DNA from: Promethearchaeota archaeon
GTDB taxonomy: Archaea; Asgardarchaeota; Lokiarchaeia; Sigyniarchaeales; SOKP01
NCBI GenBank assembly: GCA_016839555.1
Contig: JAEOUA010000012.1
Coordinates: 64,001-128,000 of the forward strand
Length of the DNA stretch: 64,000 bases
Direction: 5' to 3'
A model generated the notes under the pieces. The model was not told the DNA's origin and made no database searches. It was given only the letters and a program-made list of their open reading frames with translations. Shown one piece after another: positions 61,406-64,000 of this stretch. Within the stretch, counting starts at the first letter, position 1. Every line of letters starts with the position of its first letter. Position numbers and translations under genes: made by a program.

Positions 61406-64000
61406 TTATACTTCGTCTTTTTTCCTCCAAATAAGCAAATATATTATTCCCGTGATGATTAACCCAGGTATTATTAAACTCCATGGATTCCAATTGGTAA
61501 CGCGTAATAAATAGAAGGACAAAGTTAAGAAGCTTGCAAAAAATGCGATAATGGGATAATAATGTTTAGTAATATTTTTCAATCGATTTAGGAAACGATA
61601 GACCTTATAGTTCATAGATTTGATTACTTTTAGCTCATCCTCATCAAGCTTATCTAAGATTTCTGGGCTTTCATAATATATATTAAGTCTGGGATCATAT
61701 TTGCCTGGCAATTCTCCTGAACTTATTAAGGTAAGAAGATGATCTTGAATATTCTGTTTTTTAATCTTCAATTCCTTTTTAATGAACCCAATAGTAAGAA
61801 ATTCATTTGCCACCGCTTTAATTGCCATTTGAATGAAGCTTTTTAAAATCTCACTTTCCAGAGATTTTGATTTTTCACATAACACTACTTTGAATTCATT
61901 AATATATTTAGAGAAATCGATTAAAATATGCTTGTTTTTAGTTTCAAAATCTTTGGCTTGTTTATTGAATTCTCTTATTATTTTTCTTAACTGGGCATTA
62001 ATTTCATTAATTGTATCTTCAATATTTTCTACTCGTTTATCAAGTCTTAAATTAGCTCTTTTAAATTCATTAGTATCGATATAATCTTCAATCCTTGTTT
62101 GAAGTTTTCCTAATAAATGATTTAATTGTATTTTACTGGTATTAATATAATTAACTAAACTAGTGCGAAAGAGTTCATTTTTTTTTATTAAAAGGTTATG
62201 ATTAAGATTCTTCAATTCCTCATTAAATTTTATCATGAATTCCTCTTTTTTCCTAATAAAATGTTCGCGGATCTCAGGGCTTAATTTTTTTGTATTTTCA
62301 TCTTTTTCTAAGCTTTCATCCAACCTATCCAATATTTCTTCTTCAGTATTTTTAATCATGGAGTTATAATCTTCTTTTTTTTGTTCAAATTTCTCTTTAA
62401 TTAAGTTATAGGAGTCTGACTCTTCAATATTTTTATTCATGTTATTTACAAATGAGCTAAAATTTTCTTTTAATTGGGTAAATTTTTTATCTATAAAGCT
62501 CTGAAGATTCTTAAAAATTGTTAGATTATTTTCTATACTCTTAACTGCTAGGTCAGAATCTTTTACAATGTTTTGAAAGTAATTTTGTGATGCTTTAAAC
62601 TCTTTATTACTCTCAATATCAATGTCTAATTCTTTAACTTTATTTCTAAATCGTTCTCGCATAGCTTTATCGAAATCTTCTAAATCCTTAATTCTTTCTG
62701 CGAGTTCATTTAAATTTATCTTAAGGGTTCGATTTTTAATACATGAATCATAAAGAGCTAATGTTTTTCCTATTGTCTGATTATTGTATTGGATTATTTT
62801 ATTATTAATAAAATTCCGAAGTTCTTTATTTTTATAATAATGGTCTGTATAGAGCAAGAGAATTTTATCATCTTCAAGGAGTTTTCCATTAATTTTTGAG
62901 ATATCAATCAATTGCTTTATTCGCGGGACTGTGTCTTTCAGTTTCATCTCTATATATTTAGCTACATCCTTTATATCTAAATAAGAAGAATCACTTTTTT
63001 TGGCCAATAGCAGTACTTTATCATGAATAAAATCATTAATATATTCCTTCTTTAAATTTTTGATTTCATTTTCTATATATTCCTTAAATCTTTCCCATTG
63101 CATAATCGTTAGGTTTGATTTCTCATCAAAATTCTCTATTAAGCTCCTATTTTCTTTCAATTTCTCGTTATAAGAATTGTCATATTCATTATAATAAGTT
63201 AAAATCGCATTAAATCCATCAGAAATCTCTTTCACATTTAAATCAGATAAGTCTTTCTGATCTAACTCCTTTTTATAATCAATTAATTTGTTTCTACAAT
63301 CATTTATTTTTTCTGAAATAAAGGTATCAAATTGTTCAATTATAATCCTATTTCTCTCTTCTATTACCTTATGTTTAACATCTTGTATACCTTCGGCAAC
63401 TTTTTCGATAAGTTGTTCTTCTGATTCTTCTAATTTTTCTTGAAGATATCGAAAAAGAATATAAAGTTTTTGACGTGATCGACTCTCCTCTCTTACCTCT
63501 TTTTGTAATTCTAGAAGTTGTTCCAATTTATTGTCTATAAGCACATCTGACTCTTTTTTAATAAGTTCAAATGCTTCTTGAAATTGATTATTTCTTACTT
63601 TTTTCTTAGATTTATTTAATATAACTGATAGTTCATTATTTAATTCATTATCAATATTATTTAAAGTAGTCTCAATTTCCTTGAAAAAGTTTAATCCCTT
63701 AGAGTAATAATTAAAAACTTGGTTTAATTCATTTTTAATGCTAACCCAATATGATATTATTTCTTTATGCTTCTGATTAAGTTTTTTGTTCTTAGATGTT
63801 ATTTTTTGAGAAATAGCATAAATTTTTTCGTCAAATTTTTCCACTTCATTAATAATTTTGTTGTATTCTTCAAAAATTAAATTTAATTTCTCATCACTAA
63901 ATTCTTCTTCAAGTGTATCGCTAATAAAACTTCTGAATCCATCAATTCTTTTATTAAAATGATGCTCTAAATTTCTTAGTCTATTCTCCAGCTCATCTAA
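61406..64000 (-). CDS. Large coiled-coil protein with two PCI-like winged-helix modules and two C-terminal TM helices (5' partial)
   Basis: Frame is open to the window edge; LDIKDVA...QLIDISKINGKL and LTIGFIK...TLISSGELPGKYD; C-terminal hydrophobic hairpin. Confidence 0.7.
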   Translation of the reverse strand, partial: LDELENRLRNLEHHFNKRIDGFRSFISDTLEEEFSDEKLNLIFEEYNKIINEVEKFDEKIYAISQKITSKNKKLNQKHKEIISYWVSIKNELNQVFNYYSKGLNFFKEIETTLNNIDNELNNELSVILNKSKKKVRNNQFQEAFELIKKESDVLIDNKLEQLLELQKEVREESRSRQKLYILFRYLQEKLEESEEQLIEKVAEGIQDVKHKVIEERNRIIIEQFDTFISEKINDCRNKLIDYKKELDQKDLSDLNVKEISDGFNAILTYYNEYDNSYNEKLKENRSLIENFDEKSNLTIMQWERFKEYIENEIKNLKKEYINDFIHDKVLLLAKKSDSSYLDIKDVAKYIEMKLKDTVPRIKQLIDISKINGKLLEDDKILLLYTDHYYKNKELRNFINNKIIQYNNQTIGKTLALYDSCIKNRTLKINLNELAERIKDLEDFDKAMRERFRNKVKELDIDIESNKEFKASQNYFQNIVKDSDLAVKSIENNLTIFKNLQSFIDKKFTQLKENFSSFVNNMNKNIEESDSYNLIKEKFEQKKEDYNSMIKNTEEEILDRLDESLEKDENTKKLSPEIREHFIRKKEEFMIKFNEELKNLNHNLLIKKNELFRTSLVNYINTSKIQLNHLLGKLQTRIEDYIDTNEFKRANLRLDKRVENIEDTINEINAQLRKIIREFNKQAKDFETKNKHILIDFSKYINEFKVVLCEKSKSLESEILKSFIQMAIKAVANEFLTIGFIKKELKIKKQNIQDHLLTLISSGELPGKYDPRLNIYYESPEILDKLDEDELKVIKSMNYKVYRFLNRLKNITKHYYPIIAFFASFLTLSFYLLRVTNWNPWSLIIPGLIITGIIYLLIWRKKDEV

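Noticed and set aside
425-62084. Numerous short antisense or nested ORFs in the track (e.g. 425-784, 2404-2697, 5925-6218, 30755-31081, 42504-42830, 55409-55621)
   Set aside because: Shadow frames of well-supported genes with no motifs of their own.
1-64000. CRISPR arrays, rRNA, IS elements, proviral integrase near the tRNAs
   Set aside because: No periodic repeats, GC-rich rRNA-like tract, transposase/integrase motifs or duplicated tRNA 3' ends were seen by eye.

Overview
AT-rich archaeal chromosomal window, most likely an Asgard archaeon (Lokiarchaeia/Promethearchaeota). The evidence is archaeal information-processing genes, a Loki-type profilin, a histone, MPN and PCI-like proteins and several lineage-specific ORFs; this assignment comes from recognition, not a search. 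The content is mostly housekeeping: mat, rnhB, fibrillarin/Nop5, pyrD/pyrK, elp3, gatE/gatD, rpl2, TFB, the proteasome-exosome superoperon (psmA-SBDS-rrp4-rrp41-rrp42-[insert]-rpl37ae-pcc1-pfdB), an ECF module, t6A genes, a four-subunit 2-oxoacid:ferredoxin oxidoreductase, PPi-type PFK, srp19, rps8e, psmB and a Hef-like helicase. Five tRNA genes are present, four of them with bulge-helix-bulge (BHB) introns. No CRISPR array, rRNA or transposase was seen. Top finding: the RNase HII gene is interrupted inside its catalytic DEAGRGP motif by a 28-nt, frame-breaking, stop-containing insert with BHB geometry. This is a candidate tRNA-type intron in a protein-coding mRNA. Second finding: an unannotated 34-codon Leu/Val/Ile-rich ORF with alternative hairpins and a U7 tract directly upstream of the 2-oxoacid oxidoreductase operon, resembling a branched-chain amino acid attenuator. 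Also notable are probable ATT and CTG start codons and a LITAF-like membrane zinc-ribbon protein.
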